64,000 nt of DNA from Paraphysomonas bandaiensis (GCA_965644295.1 CBFFRP010000209.1:62001-126000), one strand, 5' to 3'. Shown: positions 14,260 through 28,224, counted from the stretch's first letter. Notes: generated from the sequence alone by a model not told the origin. Numbers and translations: made by a program.

Positions 14260-14837
14260 CGGTTGCTTGTGTGGTGAGTAGTTGGTAGTCTGAACGTTGT
14301 ATTCCTTTGGGTCATCAAAATCAAGGTGATATATATTTAGGATAAAGTGAACCTGTCTAAGCGCCGTAGCTCAGTATTATTATGTTCATTTTGGATGAAA
14401 ACTGTGTGACTTTAATCGTTGTCTTGTAAGTTAATGACAGGTATACAATAGGATATGATTAAGTCTTAGTCCTGCCGTAGGACATGTACAGTGGAGGCCT
14501 ACTTTGCTAATATCGTAGCAACACAATCAAAATCCCGTAGATTCTAGAACTATGATAAGCGGAGAGAACTATCCATGTATTTTGCTTATATATACAGAAT
14601 GTAGAAGATAGGTGATATATGGAAACCGCCACAAATATATTAAAATACAACCGACTCCTACATATATATGCACTAGTAGGCTATTAGTCTCATTGCTAGA
14701 TTTATTTGCAATGAAATATCATTTCTTAACGACTGCAGCAATAGAATAAAGTTGGCTTGTAGATATAGTTATATTTAACTACGGGTAATAAGGAGGTTAT
14801 GTTGTCATGTGCTCAAAATAATGAAACGAGGAGGGTA

Positions 14838-15181
14838 TGTTAGCTTTGGACATTTCACTGAAGTTAACTTTGCTCTACACGTAAACCGTAACCTTGCTGT
14901 TGAACACAATGCACTTTCAAGTAAGAAATTATAATTATTATTCTGAACACTTCACTACATATTCGTGTAACATATGTTGAAACATCTGTTCCCAGCAACA
15001 CCTGTTTATCATATGTTCATCAGTCAGTTCTATATCTTGTATAGTCACACATCAGTAACTGAATTTAATTCCTTTGTAACTATAATCACCCGTTACACCT
15101 ATGAGTTGACTTTACCTATTGCACACTGTTAACTCACTTCAATTGCACAATATATATCACATCATATTGCAGAACTCAACA
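14838..15181 (-). repeat. Copia 3' LTR (344 bp)
   Basis: TGTTAGCTTTGG...CAGAACTCAACA on plus; direct repeat of 18669-19012, no differences found by eye. Confidence 0.96.
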
Positions 15182-15325
15182 CTCCCACTCAATTGGATGT
15201 AGTTAACCATTCTAAAATATGTGAAGAACATTGCTATCGGATACGCAACCACCGAACCTCATAGGACACTGGTGGACGTATGACTCCGCTGGTATAGCTA
15301 GCTCCCACCATTCAGTAACACCTAA

Positions 15326-16267
15326 CTAGGTACGACGAGCTCTCTTTACCTTGGGTACCTCTGCGATAATTTGTTCAGTAGTCTTAAATTTTTCCCCAAG
15401 ATTTCGCTCCCTCTGTTCAATGAATATTGGACCTCTCAAAGCCTTGGTATATATATCAGCCATCTGTTGTCGACTGCTCACATGAATTAATTTCGCTGTA
15501 TTAAACTGTTCGGGATCCACATGCTCTCTAATCATATGATACTTAATCTCAATATGTTTCGATCGTTGATGTTGCACTGGATTTTCCGATATATCCTGAG
15601 CACTTTGACTATCCAGGAATAATGGTGTGGGCTCGTCAATTTTCAATCCTACTTCACCAGTCACCCCCCGAGACCATATCATTTCCTGTAATCCATTATA
15701 TAAGCATTGATACTCTGCTTGCATAGTCGATGTAGCTACAGTAGACTGAAGTTTGGAACCCCACGATAGTGGTCCACCAGCTCCAAACATAACATAACCT
15801 GAAGTTGATCTCCTCGTCAACGGATCGCCTGCCCAGTCAGCATCAGTGAACATATGAAGATCAAAATCTCTCCCTCTATAATGAATGCCTTTATCTGTAG
15901 TACCTCGTACATACTGCATTAAATACATCAGGAGCTTACATACAGTGATATTAACTTTCGTTGAGAATCGTGACAATACTCCCACTGCATATGAGATATC
16001 CGGCCTTGTATTCATAGATAAATAGAGTAACGCTCCTAGGAGTGGACGATAGGGAAAATTATCAACTAACTTCTGCTCCTCAGCTGAATGCACATGTTCC
16101 ACTCCCACTTTGACATCACTAGGTAGTGGGTATAGCCGCGTCTTGTCCCTTGCACCCAGAAAATCCACATACTTCACCAATATCTTTTTGATGAACACTG
16201 TCTGGTCAAGTTTGAGACAATTCGGAGTTCTCGTCACTCTCACGTTCAAAAAACTGGCCACTCTCAT
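15326..16267 (-). CDS. Copia pol C-terminal fragment: end of reverse transcriptase + RNase H
   Basis: PYRPLLGALLYLSMNTRPDISYAVGVLSRF, FTDADWAGD..TRRSTSG, STMQAEY, LDSQSA, HQRSKHIEIKYH, QMADIYTKAL. Confidence 0.93.
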   Translation of the reverse strand: MRVASFLNVRVTRTPNCLKLDQTVFIKKILVKYVDFLGARDKTRLYPLPSDVKVGVEHVHSAEEQKLVDNFPYRPLLGALLYLSMNTRPDISYAVGVLSRFSTKVNITVCKLLMYLMQYVRGTTDKGIHYRGRDFDLHMFTDADWAGDPLTRRSTSGYVMFGAGGPLSWGSKLQSTVATSTMQAEYQCLYNGLQEMIWSRGVTGEVGLKIDEPTPLFLDSQSAQDISENPVQHQRSKHIEIKYHMIREHVDPEQFNTAKLIHVSSRQQMADIYTKALRGPIFIEQRERNLGEKFKTTEQIIAEVPKVKRARRT

Positions 16268-18668
16268 TCATATCTGTAATATCAAACCTTTCACATACTC
16301 GTCGCTTAATTTCCAAAATAATATTCGTATCTCGACATGCTCTCAGCATATTATCATCATGACTGTGGTGAGCTTCGAAGACCATATAAACTTTTCTTCA
16401 GTTTAAAGCAATATCCTGGTGGCAATTTGAAATCTGCTGGTGTTGCATACTTATACACACATCTCCTTTTATATCTGCATATACAAGAATGCATTAGATA
16501 CGTCGAGTTGATGCACCACCATATTCATAACAAACGCGATAGCTAATAGCAATCTTACTGTTACCGCTTTTACCACTGGAGTATAATTGTTGGCTCTACC
16601 AACCTCATGGCCTCCGCATCCAAGTACCACAAGTCTTGCTTTCTATCGTGGAATCGCACCCTCCTTGTTGCGTTTCAAAGCAAAGACATACTCAGGATTC
16701 CAATTGCAGTGACACTGGGGTAGGGATGATGGGCTTAACTTCCATTACTTCCCTTCGTTCCAGTCTGTCACGCTCAGCCTGTCTTGCTGTCAATGGAGTG
16801 ACACTGGGGTAGGTATGGGCTTAACTTCCATTACTTCCCTTCGTTCCAGTTCGTCACATTCAGCCTGGCTGAACTCCATTGCTTCCGTTCCGGCAACTCC
16901 AAGGATTCGGAATATGTCTGAGGCACCTTAGGTCCCGCTGACGAGCACCAGATGGAATCTGCCTCCTCTAGTAGGCTGCACTCCACTTCGTCACACGAAG
17001 GTAATACGTGCTTCTCCCCTACTACTGACACATTCGTCACCACCCTTGGAGCCCTTGTGCGCCTGCCCCTAGTTGAGCGATCTGATGGAGCTTCCTCTCC
17101 CGGAGCACTTACGAAGTCAGAAGGGGATGGAACCGTCCCAGTCAACTGCTGTAATAAATGTCCGCTGGTCCCGTCGTCACGAGATCCAGAACTAGCAGAT
17201 ACTCTTGTCACAAGGTCTTCACTCATCCGCGATGATGTGAATAGGAGTCTTAACTTCCAGTTGCTCCTCACCACCTGACATCAGGGATCTATATCCCACA
17301 GTTAGACCTCTTTCCGAATCTATATTCGCGTGGTCTTGTTGTACAGTTGGCCGCCATCTTCACATGGGTTTTGTCGATAACACTCCTCCCTGAGGAACCA
17401 CTGCCACCGTGGCTTAGTCCATTTCTCGGTAGTAATCAGCCGATCTCTAGGGCACTGATACATCAAACAGGGCATGAACAGACGTGACTATTGTATCTCC
17501 TACTATCAACACTTGATACCCCATCTGCTCGTTGGGAAACCCACAAAATATCCTGTTTGTGCCTTTTCCTCCCAGTCTTTCCGTCTATCGGCCTTCGGGA
17601 CTAATACATACGCCTTGCACCCCCATTTCCTCTCAACCAGGATAACTCGGGCACCTTTCCTCCCAGGAACACACTCATAAGGCAACATCCACTAACTTTA
17701 CTGTCCTCCTTGGCATTTTCCTCCATTACATGATGGCATGATGACGTAATAATAGGCTAATTCAAAACGTCATAATATTATATAGTGCCTCCCATGGCAT
17801 TCCTCCATGCTCATCATAGTCTCCAGCCAGCACCTCTCTACCAGTGTTTAACTCTACAATTCTCGGTACTCTAAGTAGTTCCAATCCACACACCAGTGCC
17901 CGCAGCATTCCGCCTGAGACAATATTCTTCACCGCATCTTCACATACTTTGATGCCTTCTCTTTTGCCAGTGTTGAAAGCTTCCTACTCCTTGAGTCTCC
18001 ATTGCTGACCCCTTCTTCGTCAGAGATATGACTCCTGGCTCTGCTTCATATTTCTCTAGCACTCTATGATCTTTAACAACAATGAATAGCTGCTTTCCGG
18101 CACAACTGCCTAGATACACTCGTTGGTCTACTGTTTCAGTCATAAGCACTTCACCATCAGATTCTATCATATTGGACTCCCCTCCAGATGAGACATCATC
18201 ATCTTCATATTAGCACCATTCCGCCGATGAACTCTGTCTCTGTCTCTGTTCATGTGTATGTTCAGCACTCTCTGCTCGTTAACTATGAACAGCTGCACTG
18301 CTCTGCTGCTCTGCTCAGTGTAGAAGGCAGTTTTAGTAGAAAATACATTTCAGCCTATCAATCTCTATTTCGACCATATCATTGGCCAATATTTACAAGC
18401 TGGTATTTCGCTGTAGTCTTTTGGAGTACTACTCCCAACTCTCACTCCTAGACCTATCCACCAGCGTTTGAAGCATATGATTGGACAAAACCTCCTTATT
18501 CGGATCATCGTCTGGTAGTCGCCTCCATGTATCGGCTGGCACCCTCCAACACATCTGCGTCATGTTCACATGCCTCCCAAATCGTTACAACACACGTGTC
18601 GTTTCACTTGTCAAACTTCAGCACCTTGCTGTCCTCCTTCGCCTCATCAGAACTACCATCCGCTACCA

Positions 18669-19012
18669 TGTTAGCTTTGGACATTTCACTGAAGTTAACT
18701 TTGCTCTACACGTAAACCGTAACCTTGCTGTTGAACACAATGCACTTTCAAGTAAGAAATTATAATTATTATTCTGAACACTTCACTACATATTCGTGTA
18801 ACATATGTTGAAACATCTGTTCCCAGCAACACCTGTTTATCATATGTTCATCAGTCAGTTCTATATCTTGTATAGTCACACATCAGTAACTGAATTTAAT
18901 TCCTTTGTAACTATAATCACCCGTTACACCTATGAGTTGACTTTACCTATTGCACACTGTTAACTCACTTCAATTGCACAATATATATCACATCATATTG
19001 CAGAACTCAACA
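18669..19012 (-). repeat. Copia 5' LTR (344 bp)
   Basis: Direct repeat of 14838-15181; adjacent PBS at about 18656-18668, tRNA-iMet-like (TGGTAGC...). Confidence 0.96.
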
Positions 19013-20905
19013 GGGTAAAAATCCCGAGTTTTAAAACTTGGAAAAGGGACGATATTTTTCATCCCTAGGTTAAGTTGTGATATTAAAACTCTAATATATC
19101 TAGAATCTAGAATGTGTGGTGATTTGTATCTTGCTTGCTGTAAGAGGAAATAGACGCTCTCTGGTTAACTTAAAAGAAAAATCAGGTATTGTTTCAAATC
19201 AATGGTATCTATGCATATGGTTAGAGAATGGCAATTATACTTGATAAACTCAAAGCAATAAATTCCCGAATTTCGATAAAAGCTTCAACAAATATACCCC
19301 TACCCCAGAAGGATACTGAGGGAATGGCTACTGCCAGGTATTGAATAATTCATACACAAATATGATGATGAATACACTAAATAGTAGTCGCATGAGGGTT
19401 TTAGTTGCCGTTGATACCATCATCAGATCTATGTACAACACGCTTACCCCTGCTGATGCAACTGACTCGAATGCTGTGTGTATGATATAAAGTTACCTGC
19501 TAATCACGACGTGACCGATAATCAGAAGGGGCTGGGTGCCACTGCTCAGATGTGGCATTTGAACTCTCCAGGAAATGTTTCGAAGTCCTGGTTCGAATGA
19601 TATATCACTTGCGCTGGCGTCATTCTCATCTTCTACATCAGCCAAAGAAAGCAAATTAAATTGAAGTTTTTGATGATCTGCTTTTGAAAGTGGGATCAAC
19701 ATTGTGGCTTCCCTACAACATTAAAGTCACTTTCAAATAAATGTCAATATCATACTTAATATACAGGACAGTTTCTGTTCGAATTAAGTATTGAAGTTGA
19801 ATGTTTATATATACCCGGTGCTAAAATGAGTGTTCTGTTAAACCCAATTCAGGTCAAAAAAACACTTGTTTGAGACAAAATGGGAATAATACTTGTGTTG
19901 ATATAATTTGGCAAGTATTTTTTCAAACACACTTATTTTAAACACTTTCCGTCAATAGCAAATTGACTACACGCTCCAAGATATTCTTTTTTCACTTAAT
20001 ATCTTTTCAAAGGGGTACTTATAGTCAGGTAAATTATGAACATCATATTTATTATTTTATCTCGTTCTACTATTGCCAGAGGTACTTCAATTATAATTTT
20101 GATGTATAGAAAGAAATGCTGGATCAGACAGGAAGTGAGAGTGAACAATAGTGGGTGTAGTAATTTGTTTGGCAGATCAGAGCCCAGGATAACTAGCGGC
20201 CGGGAACTGTGGGTTATCTGTTGAGTTTGTTGTCAAAAAGCGCATGATAAAATCGATAGAGAGTTGTTCCCATGAGATATACGAATACGATAGATACCCG
20301 TGTTGTTCATGTAGAGTATATGTTATTAATGAAGTTTACGTGAGAGAAATCCATAACTATCACCTATAATTGATAAAAGTAAATCCTATTGTGTCCTTCT
20401 ATGTCCTATTTTGCTATCTATACAGCATGTAGAGGCATGTGGAGATGTACGAAGTAGTTATCATGATACTCGTGGTTATCAACCAAAATGGGGATTTTCT
20501 TTTAAAACTATAGGTTTATATGCAAAAATCCCTGTACCAAGCCTAAATTCATCCACTATATCGAGCATATCTACCACATATCGTCGCGAAGTGTGACTGT
20601 ACATCTATTCCATATACTGTAATGTATTCTGGTGTACAATGAGAATACATGGTATGGGCTGGAGGGTTGAGTAGTGTATGTATTCTCGTATAGGTGCGAT
20701 ATAAGAGAGCTGCACATACTCCATGCATACTGCTGTATATGTATATGTATATGTATATATATTCTAGACTAGTCCATCATCACTCATCAACATGTCAGGC
20801 AGATAGGAGCCTATTAAAGCAAGTGTTATCAGTACGATGACATCACATACACAGTTATCTGATATATCTTAACATATATATCCCATTAACCTCTCAGTGT
20901 ACAGT

Positions 20906-21878
20906 ATGGGAGCATGTACATCATCTGGTGCAGCTTTATCACCGATGAGCCCTCGACGACAGTTCTCACCCATATTCAGACTACCATTAACCCCCAAATA
21001 CCCAACAACTCTACAAGCATTACACTCAGAGAGCCCTCAAGTGACTATTAATAATACAAAAAAAATATATTCAGTTAAATTAATTCGAAATGATCAGTCG
21101 AATATTTACTGTGCTAATTGGCCTGATCGTGTTAAAATACGCATATCGTTAGAATCTGTTGATATTCTGACACATTGGACTGAAGAGCCTATTATTTATA
21201 TACCATATCATGAGTTGCCGGGCTGGAAAGGGTCGTCCAGTGGCATTACTCTAAAAGTTAAGAAGTGTGTATTTGACAGAGTGTCAAGTCCAAGTGGGGT
21301 AGTTCGCTTAGGTTTTCACTCCTCTGAAGGAAAAACGATTCAGAAGTGCATGATCGGCGGTGTGGAGAACCTGCAGAAAGCCTTAATGGACTGTGTTATT
21401 GACGAGAAGGACTTCAATGTAATTTTGACCGTCATATTTAACGAAAGTAAATGCCTTCAGGTTTGTTTTCACTGTTGAAGTATGATTGCTATTTATAACA
21501 TTATTTTGTTAGAAAAATTGGACTAATGACTGTGACTTTGAACTTGGTGGGAAACGCATTTCGGCGCAGCAGGCGATGACTGTATTTGCTACGGCGCGCC
21601 AGGATAACTTTGATGACTTGCTGACCTTGTCGTGCTATCTTTACTACAGGGTTATGTGCCGGGATTCTTTCGGTCTGATACTAAGTTCTGTGGAGAATCC
21701 TTCGTTTAGAAAAAATATTGCGGAGAAACTAGGGGCTAAGAATGCTAGAAGCAATAGTCAGTGCTCAAGAAGTTCATCAGAAGCATCTATAGCGATAGAT
21801 GACGGTGACGAAATTAGTTACTCACAAGTACGGGCATCATTGAGTGATGTATATGTTGATAAAACGGAGGGCTTCTAG
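20906..21878 (+). CDS. Hypothetical protein with possible PH/PTB-like domain and N-terminal MG(A)C acylation motif, 2 exons
   Basis: MGACTSS start; RVKIRISLESVDIL...IPYHELPGW...LGFHSSEGKTIQKCM resembles a PH/PTB/FERM-C fold; GT-AG intron about 21461-21512 joins the two ORFs. Confidence 0.6.
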
Positions 21879-22329
21879 TTGTAACAGTAGTGGTCGATTT
21901 TATGTTTTATATATATGTTTTTTTATTTTTTCGTGTACTGTAGCTATGGTGATGACAAACACCTGATGCGAAATTTTTGTTGTTTCTACAACGTTGTGCT
22001 GTTCCGTGCTTTTATCAAATTGAATATAAGTCAAAATCTTTGGTCTACATATATGACGTAGGTACAACCATTCTCACATTCTCATTCGATGATTATCTGT
22101 AAAGTGTACATGATGTTTCATCTTATTCGTTTTTATTATCTTAAACTGAGACTTGCATCACCAAGAGAGGTAACATTTAAATTATATGAATAGTACTAGT
22201 AATGTAGTCCAGTGGTAGAAAAAGGTATCATAAATGATAATATATAGTTAATGTCAATTATTAAGTATAAGTTAAGGTTTTATAATAAGGATTACTGACA
22301 TCAAACGAACTGGAAGCGTCTTGGCGATA

Positions 22330-23270
22330 TACTTCAATCAAACATGTTTTACTGATCTAAATTCCTGGTGTGACTGTGTTGTACTTAACTAACTAGTGCT
22401 TAACTCCGATAGCATACTATTTGACTACGAAAGTTGGCTTTGTGTGTCACCGCAAGCATCAAGGTACAACCTTTTTCGCTCTATTGCTCAAAGATTTTAG
22501 GATCTGCTGATTTCAGGATTTTTGAGTTTTTAATTTAGTGTGAGAGCTGCCCACGGACGTGTAGTCCATCAGTGGCAATAGAGGTGCGGTGAATCAGTAA
22601 GGGGACGCCCTTTGGGGTACGGATCCGTGACGTTTTAGGGGAGGGTCAGAGTTATATAGATGGGAGGATAATGTTTCGAGAGGGAAAGTGAGATGGTGCG
22701 AGGTGGAGACGTGTAGTCTCTCTGCCGCTGACTGCAGTGTAGGAGTTAGACATAAATAGAGTTGGCAGAGTTGTCTATGTTGGGGTTTGCTTGTGGGGGG
22801 GCGTGAAAGTATTAGAAGAGTAGGAGAAATATGGTCATATGCCCAGCTGGGACTCTCGCGAAGGCACCAACAGGTTTGAAGTAGGGGGACTTAAATTTAT
22901 GGGTTGTGTGTGGTGATAGATGGAGGTGAAATTTAGGGAGGGAGCTGTGTGTTGACATTATGCGGGGTTGGGTAGTATAGGACATAGACCGTCTTATTGT
23001 CACTCCTAGAAGTCGGAGGATCGCTGGTGTTGTCTTCGTCGGATTCGCTGCTTACTATACGTGTTCTGGGAAGAAATCGGTGTGGCCCCTCGAGGACGCA
23101 GCGTAGCATTAACTACGATCTTGGAGCATCTGCTTGGCCGCTGCAAATAGTGGTTGAACTATATAATATTCACTACTGCATCGTTTAGAGTGCGTAGTCA
23201 GCGCGAGGTCAGGTTGCAGTGGATATGTGAGGCACAGACTGCTTCGAATAGAGTTTGAGTTATGGTGCTT
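22330..23270 (-). mobile_element. 5'-truncated, decayed non-LTR retrotransposon (LINE) copy
   Basis: Carries the family 3' tail (reverse complement of GGTTGTACCTTGATGCTTGCGGTGACACACAA at about 22440-22475) and the C-terminal DPYPKGRP motif at 22595-22625; boundaries approximate. Confidence 0.65.
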
Positions 23271-23439
23271 GTCCAGCAAATAATAGTTTTTTTAATACCA
23301 TCAATATTATTATTTAGTGTTTATAGTATTAGTAGTGACTGTACAAAACATACATAATCATAATAATATATATGGAATGTCTTATTAATTAGCATAGATG
23401 CATGTAAAAGTGTAAAAGAGTGCGCCTAGGTCACCACAA

Positions 23440-24007
23440 TTTTAACGGACAATGAGAAGAGCAGTTAGACATCTGCAACTGGATTCATCCATTGATGTTG
23501 GTGCAGCCGACAGAAACAGCTGATTTTGCACAGCGTGTTCTGGACAGCGCCGAGGTCACCAAGAGAGCACGACTTGGTACCTATGAGTCCAACTACCGCT
23601 GCTTGCTTCATATTGAAGCACAATCTAAAATTGTTGAAGAAAGACTCTTTAGTCGTACAAAGTTGATTATGACACCTAAACGTAGAAACATGAATCCATA
23701 TCGTCTAGAATCGTTGCTATTCCTACGAGCCAATTACATGCTGTGGGATGCTTAATGCTTATACCCTCCATGAAGACCTGCAAGGAGATCCTGATGTGCC
23801 AGTGGAGAGCGAGAAATAGTTACAATTTGTAGTCTGCTATTTAACTAAAACGCAATAATTAAGGGAGCACCACACTATCTATTATGAGCGGTATTATCTA
23901 CTTTAAGTTAGTAGGTATTAATGGCCATTATAATTGCCGGGACATTTTTCATTAATGCCATTGCAATTGCCGGGAACTGGACTACCACTAATGGTTACCA
24001 GGCCCTG
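23440..24007 (+). mobile_element. hAT transposon 3' relic: dimerisation-domain fragment plus terminal inverted repeat
   Basis: ORF 23492-23755 VEERLFSRTKLIMTPKRRNMNPYRLESLLFLRAN matches the hAT dimerisation motif; subterminal TTGCCGGGA repeats; ends in GGTTACCAGGCCCTG (reverse complement CAGGGCCTGGTAACC). Confidence 0.8.
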
Positions 24008-24133
24008 TTAGGTACAATGTAATTTGCTTAACAATTACATGCTGCCTATATACGTGAATGATAGTTTCATGTTTCTTCATCAGTTTCACATTTGCTCAAT
24101 AAAGATATTTACCGTTAACTGTTAATAGTGGGC

Positions 24134-25148
24134 CTACTGAAATAAGGAGCCATACAAGCGGTCTACATCAACACTACCCGTTTTTTCTACAGACTCAACA
24201 TTCATAGGAAACATGAAGTTCTTCAGTTTTTCGTGCGCAACATATTTTATCTTTCGTCCTTTACTAGCCTTTCGATCAACCTACAACCTATGATTAAAAG
24301 ATCCAACGAAAACGAAAAGGAAAACAATAACCACCTTTGACTTCCCACGTTTATAGTTGCGAAGAGCAGCTAAATCCTCTTTTCTCATGCTGCCTTCTGC
24401 TGCTACTCCACCAGATGATGAAGTGGATATGAAGCTCTAACGGAACAGAATAAGAGAAACAAGCATTGCACCGCACGATATACCTTAAGTAGTAAAGAAT
24501 AGAACTGCCTATCATCATACACCTCACAATCGTATCCTCCAACATCTGACGAGGGCAGAGGGCCTGGAATATTAGACAACTTGCGGCGTTTCGAGTCACC
24601 AGTCGGCATACATGACTTTTCAATAGCTCTGGTCTCGTCAGATAATGTGGCATCAATCTACATTTCAATTATACATATTATAAACTACTACAATCACACA
24701 CCTGATCCCAAATAGTTTGGTTAAAAACTTTTAAACTAGATTTCTTTTGCTCAGAACCGTAATGAGTCCTTGCATGCCACTTGTTGACAACTGACTGCCA
24801 CTTCGGTTCAAGAGCTTTCTGGGATGCAAGAACATCTTCCCATGTGATATCTTCAGTCAATGAACTGGATTTCCTCTTAAGGGATGTGCTGTCATCTGAT
24901 TGGCTATCTAATAGACCCACTAACTGACCCAATACACCCCTTAAATTCTTCTTAAGTTCATTGTTATGAATATCTGATATATCGTCTGTCTTAAATGAGA
25001 TCTCTTCTAGTACTGGAAGCTGATTAAGTTGATCGATGACATGTTGGAGAGAGATCCTCATAGCGAGCGTTTTCTCCCATGCCTGGACATGAGACTGAGC
25101 ATATCGTGCTGAGTTATGATCTGATTTAACTGGAGCTGATAGTATCAT
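24134..25148 (-). CDS. AATF: AATF/Che-1/BFR2 (TRAUB domain) ribosome biogenesis factor, multi-exon; upstream exons possible
   Basis: AWEKTLAMRISLQ, VVNKWH, LKVFNQTIWDQ, YDDRQFYSLLLK, VDRKASKGRKIKYVAHEKLKNFMFP, ending LYGSLFQ* at 24134. Confidence 0.9.
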
Positions 25149-25642
25149 TGTGTATATATGATAAGAGGGGGGTGATAGAGATGGTAATGTGACGGAGAAC
25201 ATGCCCCATATATATATATACACAGACATACAGACATACATATACATGAGCCTGTACTGGACATATATACATACACATCCATGGACAGAGGTGTCTATAT
25301 ATAGAAGTAATACCGAGTAGAATACGGAGTGGAATACAATGAAAGAATGGACCAAAATGCATGTTATGTATGTGCTGTAATACAGAGGTATACGTAGAAT
25401 ACAATGTAGGGAAACATAACGGTTGAAAGGGCTTGTATAGGTGCAGCCTCATAGCAACAGTGCAGCTGAGCTGAACACAGACAATGTCTGTTAATACATA
25501 TATGCAGTGAGGTAGATGGGGTGTTTCCTTGTCTCCGTAGTCTTATATCTTGTTTATTTCGAGAACCCCTCACAGTTAGTTCCTTAGTACGATAATGACT
25601 GGTGTTCTGAAGGCTTAGCAGGGTGTGTGTAGATAGCTGGAA

Positions 25643-26443
25643 ATGATGATCAACATTATGCTCTATAAGCTTCTCACAGAACGAACGCGTAACACAGTAT
25701 TTCCTGAACACTATTTGAAAGCTGGAAGTGAAACTTTAGGCTTTTTATTGCTTGGCTCTTGGATTCTAACACTGGTTTTCAACCCCGAGGCATTAAGAAG
25801 CAATCTCATTAAAGACCGAATTGGTTATAACAATATATGTGTTGGATTTGACACATCCCCAGCACGGTATTTTGCATTACCCTGTTTTGTTTTGAAAGCC
25901 TACCTTGACATTCGCTATGTCTTCACGGCCACTCAACGCTCTGATCTCGAGAGGGAAGATGGCATGGTGGCAACCTATCAGCACAGATTTTCATTGATAG
26001 CCAATGGAACTTACGGATTTTATCTCCTGTTCCTACCGTTTTTAGTGTTTGTTGAACCAGTTGATAGTTCCAGCGTTAATTTTCACTATGGTGTGTTCGC
26101 TCTGCTTATTCTACTGCGATACCTATTCATCTCCGCCAATTTTGCGCAAAGTGTTTCCACGCATAAAATTTCGACTTGGAGTTGGGTATGGTTTAGTCTG
26201 TTTACATTTGCAACGTTTGCATCATTGACTTTTTCTGCTGTTGACTTCGCGTTATATGATGCGCAGAAAGGTGGTGAACAAGCCCCTCCCATTCCATGGG
26301 TGCTATTAATGATTACGGACTATATGTGGTTCATGCTGGTATTTTTAACCACAAAATTCTTGCCTGACTTATCCCCTATACATGTTAAGTACTCTCTTCT
26401 GCCATTAGCCTCAGACAATACGAAGATTTTACCTCTGCGCTGA
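25643..26443 (+). CDS. Hypothetical multi-pass (about 6 TM) membrane protein
   Basis: Intronless 266-aa ORF with about six hydrophobic segments and a GYNNICVGFD loop; no family recognised. Confidence 0.75.
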   Translation: MMINIMLYKLLTERTRNTVFPEHYLKAGSETLGFLLLGSWILTLVFNPEALRSNLIKDRIGYNNICVGFDTSPARYFALPCFVLKAYLDIRYVFTATQRSDLEREDGMVATYQHRFSLIANGTYGFYLLFLPFLVFVEPVDSSSVNFHYGVFALLILLRYLFISANFAQSVSTHKISTWSWVWFSLFTFATFASLTFSAVDFALYDAQKGGEQAPPIPWVLLMITDYMWFMLVFLTTKFLPDLSPIHVKYSLLPLASDNTKILPLR

Positions 26444-28122
26444 TAGCTATAGATGTCCGATCGAATTGAGTTGTCCAAACGATGCTGTGTTCCTATTTAT
26501 TTCTAAAGAATGAATTTTCAACTTAGATTAGAACTTTGTCTATAATTTATTCCATAACTTGTAAGTTAATTTATGTCTTAATTAGTCTACCAGTTAGGCC
26601 GTTACTATGTCCTTGACAGCTCCTCGCCTGTTCGGATCTTGTCGATTCGGGGTAGGGATCTAGTTTTGAACCTAGTCAATTTGGTGTAATTTTTTAGTCA
26701 CACCAAAAATAGTATTAAACCCTAGACAACGTGTTGAATATGTAGTCATTTAATAATTCATATAGATGGCCAGGCGTTTATAATCATTAATTAAAGCAGA
26801 TTTTGAATTATTTATTATGTTGATAGGTTCTTACATTAGTGAAGAAGTCAACAAATTGGACTAAGTTGAATTATATTTCCCATTTGTATTAAAAGACATT
26901 TACAATGCAAGTAAGCTAATATTAAAAAATGATGATATAGCAAATTTAATTCATTAAATCTATGTTACTGTTACTGTATCATTAAACTGAACTATATTGA
27001 CCACATAGGATTGTGGTATCTAAAATCTGACAATATATATTAATTTATTACTTGTAATATAGTGACAATATATTGGTATAGTGAATAAAAGTAAATTTTG
27101 AGAGATGTTGAGAACATTTTAAATTAATTGATTATGGAGTGAATACATTTTTCAGTTACTTAAGTTTAATCATCTTGATGTTGAAAACGTTGATACATAT
27201 CAATGCAATGATGAATCAGCTTTGAATTGAGAGGGAGTGAGGAGTCTTGCTATTTTTGAAAACAACTAAAAGTTGTATATCAATGGTATTCCAATTATGA
27301 CGTCTAAACGTTAATTAAGTTTTAACAACAATATCAAAATTCGAAAATAGCGCCTCTTTGCACACACGAAAATATATGTCAATTATATACAGTGTTAGCG
27401 TTCCCTAAGTACAAATAGTTATTTTATTTAATATAAAAATAATCTAGCTGACTTTATCAATATAAAATAAATTGGAAGAAGAGTAAAATAGGCTGGAATA
27501 TGTGCTCGAGTGTAAATACCCAATATAGTACAAGATATGGAATATTTACAACAAATGACAAACAAAAAAAATGATAATATACAAGAAATGTCATGCTTTA
27601 GATATTTGAGATATACTCTGGTAAAAGTGTTCATGCAAAAGAGCTTCTCAGGTCACAGTTTTGTTAATTCAATCGAATAAAATATACATAATTTAATGTC
27701 TTAACTTAACGTCGTTAATTCAAGGTAGTCAACTTTTGTACGCATTTACAGTTTTTGGCAGGACACACACAGAGAGAGGGGGGGGGGTCTTCGACCCTAG
27801 CCGTGTTAACCGTGACCATAAAAACTATTAATTTATACTGACCCTTACCCCTATGGTATCGCTGTGTATCACGTACAAGTGCTTCCAATATTGTACATTA
27901 CATTTTTTTATACACTTTTTTGCATAAAAAATGTCGTGTCACCTTTCACAATAAAAAATGCAAAAAAAATCTTATTTTCACAAATTCTGTAACAGTATAC
28001 ACTACATTTTTTACAACATTTTTCTTAAAAAAAAACTTTTTTCTAAAAAATAAATATCAGAAATAAATATTTTCAACAAAAATGTCAAAAAAAATGCAAT
28101 CAAAATAAAATAATACTATACA

Positions 28123-28224
28123 TATTAACCCCAGCGATCAACCGACCCTATTAACCAAACAATCAACCGACCCTATTAACCAAACAATCAACCGACCCTA
28201 TTAACCAAACAATCAACCAACCCT
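28123..28224 (+). repeat. About 4 x 25-bp tandem repeat (ATTAACCAAACAATCAACCGACCCT)
   Basis: Directly visible; first and last copies slightly diverged. Confidence 0.92.

Larger units (their letters stand above)
14838..19012 (-). mobile_element. Ty1/Copia LTR retrotransposon with two LTRs and degenerate gag/integrase
   Basis: Two 344-bp TG...CA LTRs (14838-15181, 18669-19012); 5-bp TSD GGGTA (14833-14837 and 19013-19017); PBS TGGTAGCGGATGG next to the 5' LTR on minus; purine tract AGTGGGAG next to the 3' LTR; RT-RNaseH ORF. Confidence 0.96.

Noticed and set aside
26610-26680. TCCTCGC (HDV L3-like heptamer)
   Set aside because: No canonical 3-bp P3 register, P1, P2 or J4/2 could be built around it.
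26760-27330. AT-rich stretch faintly resembling decayed viral ankyrin-repeat coding sequence
   Set aside because: Too many stops and no recoverable motif; cannot be supported by eye.
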